Positions 33,973-48,113 of a stretch of 64,000 nt of DNA are shown piece by piece. The stretch lies in contig JBHGNT010000017.1 in assembly GCA_043228905.1 (NCBI GenBank), forward strand, positions 13,764,001-13,828,000, given 5' to 3'. A program made the translations under genes and the position numbers. Each line of letters opens with the position of its first letter. The first letter of the stretch is position 1. The DNA is from Azolla caroliniana. Lineage: Eukaryota > Plantae > Polypodiophyta. Below the pieces are notes generated by a model that saw only the letters and a list, made by a program, of their open reading frames with translations, did no database searches and had not been told where the DNA came from.

Positions 33973-36900
33973 GAACAACGCCTCGGAAGGCCACATGCTT
34001 TACACTTGGACGGAGGAAGAGGACACGACTATGCTAGAAGAGGCCGATTCGGCCAAGGACGAGGCGGATGAGGCCCAACTTATGAAAACAGCTCGCAATT
34101 TCCGCATCAAGATGGAAGCCATCAAGGAACCTTCGGAAGAAGGGGGAGCTTCCATTCCGGTCCGAGCCGACAAAACTCGGTCGAATGTGGATATTGCGGA
34201 AAAATCGGTCACCACTAAGAAGAGTGTCGTAAGAAGATGTGCGAGTCGGCTTCCACTAGCCAACAACTCACCAATTACGCCACCAACTCCGACTATGAAG
34301 ATCGTGGCGGAATGTTTGTGATTAGACATAGAGCAAATTCTATGTCGGCTTCTACTTCAACTAGTGCCTCCGGTCTGGAAGACGTATGGTTCGTCGACTC
34401 TGGTGCCTCGCACCATATGACGTCTCATCAACAATGGTTCCAAGAACTTCGAGTGCCAGAATGACCCGGCTATGTCAAAACCGGAGACGACACCACACAT
34501 CCGATTTGACACATTGGCAATGTCCCATTCGGCAAAGAAGGTAACCAAACTTTTATTTTGAATGTCTTGCATGTACCAACCATTACAAAGAATTTGGTCT
34601 TTGTTGGCCAAATTGTTGAGCAAGGGATGCAAGTACGATTTAATCAAGGAGGTTGCTTCATCGAAAAAGAGGGCCAACTCATCGCTCGCGGGAAAAGAGA
34701 GGGCCGAATGTTCATTCTCAATTCGCGTGAGCTGAAATCGGACATGTTCGCAAAGGGCACGAAAGCTGATTCCGACATAGAGTTATGGCACAAGAGAATT
34801 GCCAGCCATATCAACTTCCAAAAGCTCAAGGCAATGCAATCGAAAGAAGTCTTCATCAGGCTCCCGACATTCAAGGAGAAAGAGATTGAAGGCGTGTGTG
34901 CCGCTTGCCAATTCGGCAAGCAATATCGGCAACCATTTCCGAAGGAGCATTTAAACGTGAGCAAAGGCGTACTAGACATAATTCATTCTGATGTATGGGG
35001 TCCGGCTCAGACGGCTACATTCGGCGGATGCTAATACTACATGGCCTTCATTGACGACTTCTCCATGCACATATGGATCTACCCCATGCAGCAAAAGAGC
35101 GAAGTGTTCGGACAATTCCAAAAATTTAAGAATGAAGTCGAGAAAGTCACAAGCCGACATGTACAATGCCTTCGGTCAGATGGAGGCAAGGAGTACTTCT
35201 CTGACGAATTTTTGGTTTTTCTACTGAAAGAAGGAATTCGGCAAGAGTTTTCGTGTCGACATACGCCACAACAAAACGGAGTCGCCGAACGAAAGAATCG
35301 GCACATCCTCGAAGTAACACAAGCCATGATGAATGAAAAGCACCTACTAAAGTCGTACTGGGCAGAAGCGGCTAACACGGCCGTATACCTCATGAACTGG
35401 TGTATGACATCGGATGTGCACGAACTTACTCCGCACGAGAAGTTTTTCGGAAAGAAGCTGGACCTATCACATGTTCGGATATTCGGGTCCATTGCGTACG
35501 TGCACATCCCCAACGTGAAGCGACAAAAGCTCAACCTAAAGTCGAAGACATGTATCCTCGTAGGATACTCACTAGAACAAAAGGGGTACAAGTGCTATAA
35601 CCCCTCAACTCAAAAATCTCAAGTAAGTCAAGACCTTGTTTTTGACGAGTCCTCATCTTGGTACGCACCAGAGACAACTTCAACTCCGATTCCACTCGAC
35701 CCGGAATCTGCCGAAATAGAGATAGAAGCCGAAGATTGGCTCACACGCATGTTCGAAGAAAGCCCAATTACCACAAGCCTTAGTGGGCCACAAGAGCCTC
35801 CGAGTGATCAAAGCACTTCTCGGCCGATCCTGAAGCTGGACAAAGGGAAGGCAAAAATGCCGGAGTATGAAGACGATCACTTCGACGACAACGAATCGAC
35901 CCACTCCCTCAATAGTGAGTTCGAAGGCCTTGACATCCGGTCAAATGGAGTGAAGAAAGCCTTAGTATCCGCAAACGAAAAGTTGCGCCGATCCACCCAT
36001 GAATAGAACCCCATAAGCCGATTCGGCTACAACGATTATATGGTGTACCACTACACCTTTATGATGAAGGTAGTGACAGTACGGGAGCCGGAAATATTTT
36101 CCGAAGGCGAAGGACCCCAAATGGGTTGAAGCCATGAATGGGGAGATGCAAGCACTCTCCAAAAACAAGACATGGGATCTTGTCCCCCACTCACCGCACA
36201 AGAAGGCTATTGGCTGCAGATGGATATACAAGGTGAAGTATAACGCCGATGGCTCCGTATACAAGGCGAAGAACCTCGACTCATAGCAAAAGGATACGCA
36301 CAGACACATGGACTCGACTACGAAGAGACATTTGCCCCGGTGGCAAAGATGACGACTATGTGAACCGTGATTGTACTCGCATCAACGAAAGGGTGGTACC
36401 TCCATCAAATGGACGTCAAGAACGCCTTTCTTCAAGGTGAATTAGAAGAGGAGGTGTACATGGTACAACCACCTGGCTTTGAATCCAACATTCATCCAAA
36501 AGTTGTATGACAACTCAAGAAGCCTCTCTACGACCTCAAGCAAGCACCGCGTGCTTGGCATTCAAAGATTACGCAATATCTTCATCAAATCGGCTTTCGA
36601 ATATCGAAATCCGACAACTCCCTCTACGTATGCAACGACCCTAGAAGCTCGATTGTCATCATCCTATACGTGGATGATCTGGTCATTGGAGGTGAAAGTT
36701 TAGAAGACATCAACAAGGTGAAATCCCTCCTCTCCAACAAATTTGAGATGATGGACATGAAGGAACTTCATTAGTTCTTAGGCATCGAAGTAATTCAGAT
36801 TCTGACTGGCATTATGATAGATCTCAACGACACTACATTCTCAAATTATTATACGAGTTCGGGATGACAGAGTGCAAATCTGTGGCAACCCCTCTCGATC

Positions 36901-38156
36901 GAAACCTCCAACTAGATGCTGACTTTGGCACAAACAATCGCGAGACGACTCAATATCGACAACTGATCGGGAGCCTCATATATTTCACAATCACTCGACC
37001 CGACCTCAACTATCCGGTCGGCCTCCTTAGCCAATTCATGCAAACTCCGCGAGATATCCATTTCGATTGTGCTAAGCGAGTATTACGATACGTGAGCGGC
37101 ACAATGGATTACGGGATCTTCTACGCATCGGCCACACCAATCTGACTCGAAGGGTACACGGATGCCGATTGGGCCGGCTATAGAGTTGATTGACGATCGA
37201 CCTCCGGATTTGTCTTCTCGCTCGGTAGTGGAGAAATATCTTGGAGTAGTAAGAAGCAATCTACCGTCGCACTTTCTAGTACGGAGCCGAATATAGTGTC
37301 GTCGTAGCTGCATGTGAAGCCGTATGGCTCAAGAGGATTTTGAAGGATCTGGGCATTCCCTTCAAGGATCCGACTCCCATTTACTACGAGAACATGAGCA
37401 ATATATATTTGGCTCAGAACCCGGTGTTCCACGCACGCACAAAGCATATCGAAGTGCACTACCAGTTCATTCGAGAGCGTGTTCAGGCCGGAGATGTTGA
37501 TCTTCTACACATCAAGACGAATCTTCAAACAACCGACATCTTCACCAAGGCCCTAGAAGCCAACAAGCTTCGACAATTCATGTCAGACCTTGAATTGACG
37601 ATCCCGGACTTGCCAAGCTTAAGGGGGAGTATGAGCGAGAACCGGATATCGTCCAAAGCAGACATCAATCGGAAGGAATCGACCCGAGTTGAGCATGAGG
37701 GGGCATGTTGAGAATCAAGATCAACATAGTGCAACGTGTGAACACACCTTTTGAGAATCTATGATTACTCAAAGGTCAAGAGTCACACTACTACTCTCTA
37801 TACATTAACTATGTGTCATAGAATCATATTCTATGACAGATAACTAATGAGTTACATATTCCCCATGACTATGATTCTTCACATTCCCCAAGAGAGAGTA
37901 GTTGTTGTAGTGAGTTAATGAAGAGAGAGGGTGACCTTATATAAAGCACCCTTCTCCTACTTCATACTAAGTCGGTTGGGACTCCTTGTAATGCTACATT
38001 TTGTATTTGCTATTCTACTTGTCAATATACACCTTCTTCTTGAGTATTCCTTTTTCTATCTATCTTATGTTCTCTCTTCTCTCCTCTAATTCCTCTCACA
38101 CATACACATAATACACATCTCTTCTGCTACACACAAATCATACCCGATTCTTTACA
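33973..38156 (+). mobile_element. Degenerate copia C (gag C-terminus to 3' LTR at 37706-38156)
   Basis: It has a CCHC remnant, WFVDSGASHH, INT, RT (YVDD) and RNase H (RTKHIEVHY). The PPT GAGGGGGCA is followed by TGTTG...TTTACA. Confidence 0.93.
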
Positions 38157-41100
38157 ATACCAACCGGATGAAGTCCGGTATTAAGCCAGGAATTATAGAA
38201 AAAGGAGAATCAAGTAACACCCGGAAGGTTTACGGCTACTATTGTTGGAAGGAAGGGCAATATAGTAGCCAGTGCCCGGTCAAGACCAATGATAAGCAAC
38301 CGACAGTAAATATGGTGACCGCGGACATTACCGATGTTCAACAAGGCACCACAAGATTCAAGGGGAAAGTCGCCGAGTGGGAGACCCAAGAGGCCATTAG
38401 GAATGAATGGATACAAAAGGCAAATGAACAGAACACGGCTGAAGTACGAAAACAGGTCAAGCCTTCAGAATAACCACTCGGGACCACAAACAACGATTGC
38501 ACTTGGAAGGCCTTACAAAAATGTCCGATCATGTTGCCACTAGGCCTCCTATTGCAGTTAGTCCCTCGATTTACGGACCGTCTGAAATCAGCGTTCACAT
38601 CACAAAACCCGGAGCCGGCACCAACATTTTTCTCCAATTCAGAGGAAGGACCGGCCATAGTAGATACAAGTAGTCCAACAATTACAATAATTATCAAAGG
38701 GAGCGAGATACTCGGAACGATTGTGGACGAAGGCTCTAGAGTGAACATAATCAACCAACGGACATGCGATACCCTAGGCATTAGAGAATGGGAACCATGC
38801 CCATTTTGGCTGCGAATGGTGGATACTAGTTTGGTCCAACCAACCGGACTCATCCAGAACCTAGGTATTACAATCGGAGGGCGCGCGTTCCGGATCTCCG
38901 CAGTAGTCTTGCAACTTAATGTGCCAGGGGCATACCCCTTGTTATTAGGAAGAACGTGGTTGTGGACGGCAAATATTAAGCAAAATTGGCTGAAAAACGT
39001 GATGACCTTCCGGGGAGAGGGAAAACTAAAGTGCGGGTGCCGACACAACAACGAGCGGGTGCAATGAAGTAGGTAACATTGCTATACGCGGAGAGCATTA
39101 ACATGATGGATGGATTGTCAGATGACGAAGTCGACCAATATCTAGAGGAGCACCCCAAGATCATGCCGTTATTTGAAGTAGACGTAGCCGAGTTTGACGA
39201 GCCGGATCGAGAATCCGGGAATTGCAGCAAGCGCAAGAATCATTCGAGCGGGAAATGGCCGTATCTCAAAGAGTAGGCATCCCAACGAGAAGAGGTTGAC
39301 CTCGGGACCAGTGAAGCGCCGAAACCAGTGGATGTAGTGAAGGAAATGCCACTAGAAGAGAAAATGGCGATGATTGAACTACTCAAAGAATTTCAAGATG
39401 TGTTCTCCTAGTCATACGAAGATATGTGAGGGCTAGATCCCCAACTATACCAACATCAGATCCACCTCAACAAGGATGTGAAGCCGGTAGTGTAGCGACG
39501 TTACCGGATGAACCTAAATTATGCGGCAAAAGTCAAAGAAGAAATTGATAAGCTGCTAACAATCGGTTTTATCTGACCAATGAAACAAGCGATATGACGA
39601 AGTGTCTGATAGTCATCGTACTGAAGAAAAACGAAAAGATTTGGGTTTGTGTTGAGTACTAGAAGTTGAACGCCGCCATGGTGACAAACGCGTTCCTACT
39701 ACCATTCACAGATGGGGTGTTAGATGTGGTAGCCGGTCACGAAGTAAATAGTTTTTTGGACCGATTCAGTGGTTATAATCAAATTCGGATTCACCCGGCG
39801 GACCAGGAAAAGATGGTGTTCATCACAGTATGGGGAGTGTTCGTCACAATAATTATGATGTTTGGATTTCAAACGGCACCGAGGATGTTCTAGAGGATTA
39901 TCATGGAAATATTCGGAGAATACATTCCGGCGTTTGTGTAGGTCTTTTTGGACAATTTTGTAGTCTATAGCCGGAAGGAAGAACATTTGGACCATCTCCA
40001 GATGTGTTTGGAGAAGTGTCGGGGATCCCGACTAAGCCTGAATCCGGCAAAATGTGTTTTCAGGGTAACAAGTGGGGCACTATTCAGACACATCATCAGC
40101 AAGGACAGAATTGTTGTAGACCCAGATAAGGTGAAAACCATCTTACAAGGGCCAACCACTCAACGCCAAAGCATTGAGCTAGTTCTTAGGTCAGATGCGG
40201 TGGCACAACCGGATGCTCCGATACTTAGTAGACTTCGCAACTCCATTGCATGCAGTTGCATATCCTTTCAATGGATGGAGCAAGAGGAGAAGGCGTATCA
40301 AGCGTTGAAAGTGATGTTATCCCAAGCTCCGGTAGTGTAACCTCCGGATTGGACGAAAGATTTTAATGTGTTTGTTGATGCGTCAGACATAGCTATCGGG
40401 AGTGTCCTTATGCAGCTTACCGAACCAAAAGGGTACCGTCAGGTATATTACGCATGCCATAAACTCTCAAAAACTGAACGGAATTACTCCACAACAGAGA
40501 GAGAAGCCCTAGGGATGGTCTATTGCATCACAAAGTACTCCCACTATATGCTAGGACGCAAGTTTTCATTCCAGGTTGACCACTCGGCACTAATCTATTT
40601 GGTATCCAAGGCGTCATTAATCAGTAAGTTAGCTAGGTGGACACTACCACCGACCGGGCACGCGGTGGTAGACTACTTGAGCCGGCTAGAATCCAGAGAA
40701 GTAGGGGATGGAGTCTAAGATGAGCTCTCGGATGACGAGCTATTCAAAGTTACCGTGGAAACGGCGGTAGATGAGACAATGCCTGGAGAAGACAAATGGC
40801 TCACTGACATGCACAAGTTCCTGAGTACTAGACTACCTCCGGAAGAGTTGAGTCGGGACGAACGAAATCTCTTGGCGGTCCAAAGTTGCCATTTTTGTTG
40901 GGTACAGGATACATTGTACCACAAGGGAGCTGAAGGCATCTAGCAGCGTGCGGTATGGAGCGACGAGAAGGAAGCGGTCTTACGAGAGGCCCATTGTGGA
41001 GTTGTCGATGGGCATTATGCCAGAGACGCCACCGCCCTGAAAATCTGGTGAAGTGGGTTATGGTGGCCGACAACCCTCAAGGACGCGATCCGATATTGTA

Positions 41101-44100
41101 AAGAGTGTGATCTCAACTAGAGGTTGGGCCAACCAACAGAGCAGGCCCGAATGCCCCATCAACCAGTGTTGCCATTAGAACTGTTCCAAAAGTGGGGTTA
41201 GACTTCGTGGGAACATTTAAGCCACCGGCAATGCGCACAGGGAACCGGTACATCATAGTGGCCACAGACTACTACACAAAATGGGTGGAAGCAAAAGCGC
41301 TCTGGGACAACACTGCAGCATTGACGACGAAATTTCTGTATGAGTATATCTGGTGCTAGTATGGGTACCCAATCGGGGTCATTAGCGACCAGGGAGGACA
41401 TTTCCTCGGTCATGTTGTGGAAAACCTAACGATATTCTATGCAGTAGTTCATAAACACAATACACCATACTACCCACAAGCGAACGGATTGGCGGAGTCA
41501 ATGAACAAGATGCTCTAGAACAATCTCCGGAAAATTTTAAATGAAAACCTGACCGATTGGGACACCAAGTTACTCAACGCATTATGGGAATATCGCGTAT
41601 AAAACGAGTATCGGAAAACACAGTTCCGATTGGCATTAGGCCTGGAGGCCATCATGCCTGTAGAGTTCCAGATTCCCAGCTTACGAATCCAAGTCTGGGA
41701 GCGATTGAGCAAAAGAGAGTCTGAAAAGATCTGTTTGGTGACACTCTGCGAATTAGAGGAACACTGTATAGCTAGTCTGTTGTAATTGGAGCTAGAGCAA
41801 AGACAACGGAAAGCTTTCGTGGACCGGCATATGCGCGGCAATGAGAAGTTACGGTATTGGTATTCCAGACCCGGATGGGCAGCATACCGGGGAAGTTACA
41901 GTTCTGGTGGACTGAACCATTCTGGATTTCAAGGGATTTCAAAGGGTCTTACCAACTTGGCACATTGGCTGGCGAGATACTGGACAAATGGGTTAATGGG
42001 TTCTGGCTAAAACTGTACAAAGGACCGACGTCGGAGAACCCGTTCCAAGAACCGGAGGAACAACAAAACCCGAAAGTCGGAGATGACTAGTGATCGGTGA
42101 ACTTCTATCGATAATGAAACCGGTCCAACTGGATACCAATGAATGACTTAACGACACTCGGTACGACGAAGGATTTTTAAAAAAAAGAAAAAAAAGTTGC
42201 ATGCGGGATACTATTCGAGATTTTGAACAGTCACAATGAAGAGGTGTGCGTCAGCTATTTAAAGTGCACCACGCGCCATACTCATGCTATTATTGTATAC
42301 AACGTGCATGTGCGGGAATCAAGAAGAGGCAACTAAGAAAAATGGGGGCACAAAGCTTCCGGACGAATGAAGGATTGTCATTTTGCGAACGAAGGCTTTT
42401 GAGAACAGAACAGAGCACACAGGCTTCCAGACAAGCAAAACCAACCAACTAAACCCAAGCACACAACTATAACAACGAAGCCAACGATGAAGACACATGT
42501 CTAATGGCACTCTCGACCGCTACCAGAGACTAGCTCAGTAAGAACGAACTTGAAGGATTCCTTCGGGTAGCTGATGCCCCACCACACGAAGAACCGGAGA
42601 AGGTCACATCCACGATCAACCTCGAAGAAAACTCCGAAGGCATAGTGCAGGCCCTCGTCGGATTTCCTACCGAAGGACTGTGCTCCATCGAAAACCCCTC
42701 CACCAAAATCTTGACTGAATACTTCGGGGAGTACTCCATAGCCAACAAGGCTAACTGGACAGAGGGCGAAGAGGATCCCCTGTTTTGAGACGTGGCTCGA
42801 GTATTATTAGAATATGGATTTGTGCATCCTCGACCACCCGCCATGCCTAAAAACAGGGCCGGATTCATCATCGCAACATTTGAAGGCTCAAGGTGGATTG
42901 GTTGGTGATAATGGCTGACTCTATATGGGTAGGCATCATCTCCATAGTGGAAGGGAAGAAAGCATGGTGCCAATTAGCACAATGGCTAACACTATTGGTA
43001 CCCCCAACATGCGTCATCAAGCCAAAGAAGCGAGGCCGGCAAGAAATCACACCCAACAAGTCCTCCAAACGGCAACAACTCCTAGCAAAACACGCCCACG
43101 GATGGACAGTAGGAGACTTGTCTCGACGAACCGGAGACAGGAATCGGTTGAGGAAGTTTCAGAAAAGACGGAAAACCCGATCAAGATAAAGTTTCACTGA
43201 CATGACAGAGACCAGGAGGAACCGGTACGCAGGGTCAACCAGGAAACCACGGAAGAGGATGTGGAAGAGGATGCAGAAGCGCAACAGTGAGCAATAGGGG
43301 GAAGGATCGAGTCCGAAGAAGGACAATACCCCGATGTCCTACTCAGCGGTGGTGGAACCCAGGACAGAGGAAGAGCCGGTAACGAGACTAGAAACGGTGG
43401 CAACGGTTCAGTAGGAACCGGTTATAGAAAGACTTACCTCATCGGGTCTTCTAGGGCAACAACAACGACAGGACCACTAACCGGAGACGACGTTGGAGCA
43501 AGAAGCGTCATTTGCACAATGGCTTAGGGAAGAGGAAGAACTGTGACCGGAGCCAATGCAACAATTTGTTGCACTCACACAGCATGGAACTTGCTGACAA
43601 TGGCTAGAATGGCTTGGCAAGCAGGTATCTGGTGTGGTGGACCGGATGGATGAAGAATAACAGGTGGAGCGGCGACGAGTGGAACGGTTGTTGACAAGAA
43701 CCGACAAATTGGATAAGGCCAGAAATCAGATTCGAAGTCTGGAGGAGGAGCTGGCCAGGGCTACGGAATTCATGGTCCTCATGTCAAAGATGAGCCAAAA
43801 CACAACCTCCGAAACAAAGTTGGTAGAACCGGCTAATCTACAGAAGGAAGCTCCGAAAACGGAGGCACAATCGGAGGCCAACACAACCCCGGTAAAAGAC
43901 GTTGAGCGGGAATAGAAAATGCTAACACTAAGGGAGGAATTAGTTGCTCAAGAAGCATTAAGGGAGAGAGAGAGAGAATAGAGAAAAGCTAACACTAAGG
44001 GAGGAATTAGCCGACGAACAGAAACAAAGGACTGAGGAATGTTTCCGGAAGAGTCAATTGAACATTCACCGGCTAAAGGAGGAAAGAGAGAAGCTACGGC

Positions 44101-44728
44101 AAGAAAAAGACAAGCTCCAAAAAATGGCAGAAATGGAAATAGAGTAGCTGAAGGAAGAGATGCAGCAGTAAAAAGACCGAGAAGATAGGGTGCACTCTCA
44201 CATAAACCAGCGTCTCAAGCAGGAAACGGAGGATTTTGAAAAGCTACACCGGGACCACAAACAACTCGAAGTAGAGCATAGGGAGCTAGGGTCAGATTTT
44301 GACCGACAACAAGAAAAATTGAAGGAGGTCCGGATGGAATTGCCAAAGAAAACGGAGACGTTGGCGGATGAGCAGAAGATGATGGTTGCATCCATGGCAC
44401 ACATGATGGAAGAAGTTGTGTTGGCCAGAGTATGGTCTGGATGATAAGTGGGAAAGTGATGAGTCAGGAACGAATATTATTATTCAATTAATAATTAGCT
44501 AGAAATACTATAGGATCAAACAGATCTGGAATAGTTGCACCGATCCGGATCCGGACCGATTCATAGCTGCTTGCCGATATGACACCATTTTGTAATTTGA
44601 AACGGAGGCCTATAAAAGGATCCGGAAAGCAATGTAATGAAGAATGAAGGTAATATAAGTTTGAGTTTGGATTTAAGTATTGTGTATCTTGTCTACTTAC
44701 CATTTTGTGCCTAATTTTATACCTTACA
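38157..44728 (+). mobile_element. Degenerate Ty3/gypsy, Tat/Athila-like non-chromovirus; 5' end missing; extra 3' ORF; short 3' LTR at 44457-44728
   Basis: It has a zinc knuckle, PR IVDEGSRVNII, RT FQDVFS*SYEDM*GLDP...FSGYNQI, RNase H VDASDIAIG...NYSTTERE and INT YYPQANG. The PPT AAGTGGGAAAG precedes TG...CA. Confidence 0.85.
42504..44444 (+). pseudogene. Additional sense ORF between pol and the 3' LTR (globular N-terminus, acidic linker, coiled-coil C-terminus)
   Basis: Reading through stops gives MALSTATRD*LSKNELEGFLRV...DVARVLLEYGF...KVDWLVIMADS, followed by E/K/R-rich heptad-like ORFs at 43664-43915 and 44190-44444. Confidence 0.6.
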
Positions 44729-46080
44729 ACAGTCAAAGTGCAATCCACCTCGCGAAGAACGTTGCCTACCATTCCCGAACCAAGCACATCCAAAGGAGAT
44801 ACCACTAGCTCCGGGAGAAAGTAGAAGGTAAAGAGTTTTTGCTGACGAAGATCCACACGGAGGAGAACGGGTCATACACGCTAACCAAGGTGTTGTCAAC
44901 CGACAAGCTGAACACGTGCCAAAGACGGATCAAACTAATGAGACATCCCATGCCAGAGTGAAGGGGGAGTTTGTTGGGAAACAAGTTCCTCCGGATGGGA
45001 TCCGGATGAGAACCAAACGAGCCGGATCGGACGAACTGAAGGAAGGAACCAGATCGGATGGATCCGGAAGTAGTCCGGCCGGATCCGGAACCAGCAAACA
45101 AGAACATATTAGTAAATATGTTCAGACGTGACCGTTGAGGTCATATTTGTAAATAGTCTCAAAGTTATATAAGTATAAATATAACTAGGGCAACATTGTT
45201 ATGTGTGTTGTGATTATTGTTATCATTATGGTTGTACATAGAGACGGATAGGGGGAGAGAGATACATAAAGCTTTTTTGTTGTAACTGTGGGTAGGCGAA
45301 GATAGAGGTCGAGGTCATTGCCTCTGAGTCTCCCATTGTATCCTTCCTCTCATAGTGATAGTTGGAGTCTATGGGCTCCCGTGGCCGATTATGGTTTTCC
45401 ACATTAACATCTTGTGTCATCTTTTTTCTATTTTCTATTTTCTTCCATTGAGTGAGTGAGGCTCGGTTGCGGCCAAGCACTATTCCGCACAAAGCGAAGT
45501 TCTAAACTTCAAACAAAGAAAGAAGATGGAAGAGTCATTCAATAGCATGTTCAAGCTCACCGGCTCCAACTACCCAACGTGGAAATCGAAGATGAGGGAT
45601 ATGTTAGTGGTAAAAGATCTTTGGCTGTCGGTACAGTTTGGGGATAAAAGACCGGACAAGATTGATGCCACGACCTGGGAAGTAATGCACATGAAGACGG
45701 CGACATACATTCAGTGCTTCATTGACATGGGCATGTACAATAACTTTAACGAAGAGAACAAGGCCAATGAGCTCTGGGAGAAGATTGACACGATGTTCGT
45801 GAACAAGAACGTCGTAAATCGGGTCTCGGTATTCCGGAAGATAATGAGGCTCCGGTATCAAGACAACGCCAACATGCAGAGCATATGAACGCCTTTCAGG
45901 GGCTGCTAAACCTGACTACCACGCTCGAAGTACCACTACTTGATGAGGTACTAACATTGTTTTTGCTCAAGTCCCTTCCTGATAGCTGGGAGACATTGGT
46001 TGTCACTCTAGGCAATGCCGGACCTAAGGGAAAGAACTTATCTCTGGCGAGAGTGAAGTCAAGTCTGCTAAACGAAGAAT
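44729..46080 (+). mobile_element. Tork-like copia remnant: RNase H end, LTR (about 44972-45491), then a second gag start
   Basis: It reads SQSAIHLAKN, then the PPT and LTR start AAGGGGGAGTT|TGTTGGG, then gag MEESFNSMFKLTGSNYPTWKSKM...SLPDSWETLVVTL. Confidence 0.85.
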
Positions 46081-46147
46081 TCCCAACAATCTACTGCAAC
46101 ATCCGGTTCTCATTCGGATCCCATCCGGAGGAATAGAATTCCCACCA

Positions 46148-47336
46148 ATCTACTGCGACAACTTCAGTAGCATCCAACTAGCGAAGAACCCCATATTCCA
46201 CGCCTGGACGAAGCACATTGAGGTGCATTACCATTTTATCCGAGAATGAGTCCTCTCCGGTGAAGTCGAACTGGTGTATGTTCCAATGGATCGGCAAACA
46301 GCCAACATCTTCACCAAACCTCTCGGCCTAGACAAGTTGCGGCAATTTTCAGGCATGCTTGGTCTCTAGCGCCTTGATGCCGAACTTGAGGGGGAGAGAT
46401 GAAACCGAATCGTAGGAGAGAGATGATGACGTCCGAAAAGCCAAGTCGGATGACGAATTCGATTCCGGACCGACTGAAGAAGTCAAAAGACAAGTTAGAA
46501 AAAAGCTAGAACCAGAGCCGACCGAGCAAAGGGACGGAAAAGCCGAGAAGGGAAAGAGAGGTTGCAAAGTTGAATAGGATGGAGCCGACCAAGAGAAGGC
46601 CAAGACCAAAACATGGGTAGATGTGGTCAAGGGCCTGAAGGAGGATGAATTGGAGACAACCGATTCGGACAAGAGCCGGAACGAATCGGAGATACCCGAT
46701 TCAGTCAAGGAATTTGATTTGGAAGAGCCGAATCAGTTGAAGGCCAAGCGGACAAGGAGGCAGTTGAAACCGACACCGACACGGAGTAGTAGACGGATCG
46801 AGGGACGCCAACACTTCAACTGGAACAAAGCTGACTTGGGACGAGGGAGTAGACAAGCTGACCGAGAAGGTCGAGGTGCGCAGGATTGGGGGTCGAGGAG
46901 TGCGAGCAAGACACAAGAACGTTAGGAGAAGCCGACAGTAGGGATCGGCGAAAACAGACACATCGATCCTACCTCAAGTTGAGCTTGAGAGGAAGTGTTG
47001 AGCGGACAAGCTCAACCGAATCCAAATCGACTGAATGAGCCAAAGCTGGATCAGTATCCAGAATCTGTATCTGATGCTCTGTACGAGCATTAAAGTACTT
47101 GTCAATAATTTAGTCAGTACTCTAGTCAGTCCTTTAAGGACTTATATAAATAGTGTTGTAAAACATAGTTGTATGTACAACATCTTTGAATAATTGTGAA
47201 ATTGTTTTTTGTTCTGCTCTAACGTTGTCTCTCCCGCGTACTGCGTTAAGCTTCAAACATTAAACCTTCATTTCTATGTTCTGCTGTTATCCGGCTCAAC
47301 TAGTTTCATCTACACTTCCACACTGTCACTTTTACA
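46148..47336 (+). mobile_element. Copia family B remnant (copy E): RNase H, 3' extension and 3' LTR at 46996-47336
   Basis: It reads IYCDN...TKHIEVHYHFIRE and has a TWVDVVKGLKEDELET extension. The PPT and LTR read GAGAGGAAG|TGTTGAG...TTTACA. Confidence 0.85.
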
Positions 47337-47622
47337 GTAACTATTATGGGGATGACCATAAATTATCCCATGTTACGTTTATAGGGAAAAACCACGAAAG
47401 TCCACAAACTCCAAGAATTGTATCACTATGGGAGAAAGGAATACAAGAAGAAGCTACAAGGCAACGACCTTGAGCTCTTCTTTGTCAAACCGACAGATAT
47501 GGAGTTACACACACTCTCTTTCTCAACTAGTTATTCTATACATGTCGATAAAGTGTGAGGGTTAATCGAGAGAGTAAAGAAGGGAGGATTACTTGTAATC
47601 CTAAGAATTGAGACAACCCATA
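47337..47622 (-). mobile_element. LTR-like remnant (target of the intact copia; continues at about 53305)
   Basis: GGGAAAAACCACG and TATCACTATG are the reverse complements of U5 motifs seen in the Tork LTRs. Confidence 0.45.
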
Positions 47623-48113
47623 TGTAAGGATTTGACGCTATCAAATCTTTCGCCTCTCGGCCACAACCGAGACAACACGGATCAATGCAGCAGAAAATAA
47701 AAAAAAACAACAAAGACACAGAGAGACGAATACACAGGGTATAACGTGGAAAACCCTAAACGGGAAAAACCACGGGAGTGCACAACTCCAACTATCACTA
47801 TACACTGGAATATACAGTGGCGAGCTGCAAGGCGACTACCTTGAGCTCGCTGTCCTCGCCACAGGCGGCGGTATTACACAGAGGCGTCGACCTCTTCGTT
47901 TCTCTCTCTCTCTCTCTCTCTCGCGGCTGCTCTCACTTCGCTCCCTCTAAGTGGAAAACAGAAAATGAGCAGCAACATAAAACTGTTTGCCCTAAGTCAT
48001 ATTTATACATATATGACTTTCGGGCTATTTACAAATATAGCCTCAAGGGCCCTTGGCAAACATATTCACAAATATGTCCCCGCATCCGGATCTCTCTCTC
48101 CGGGTACATACGT

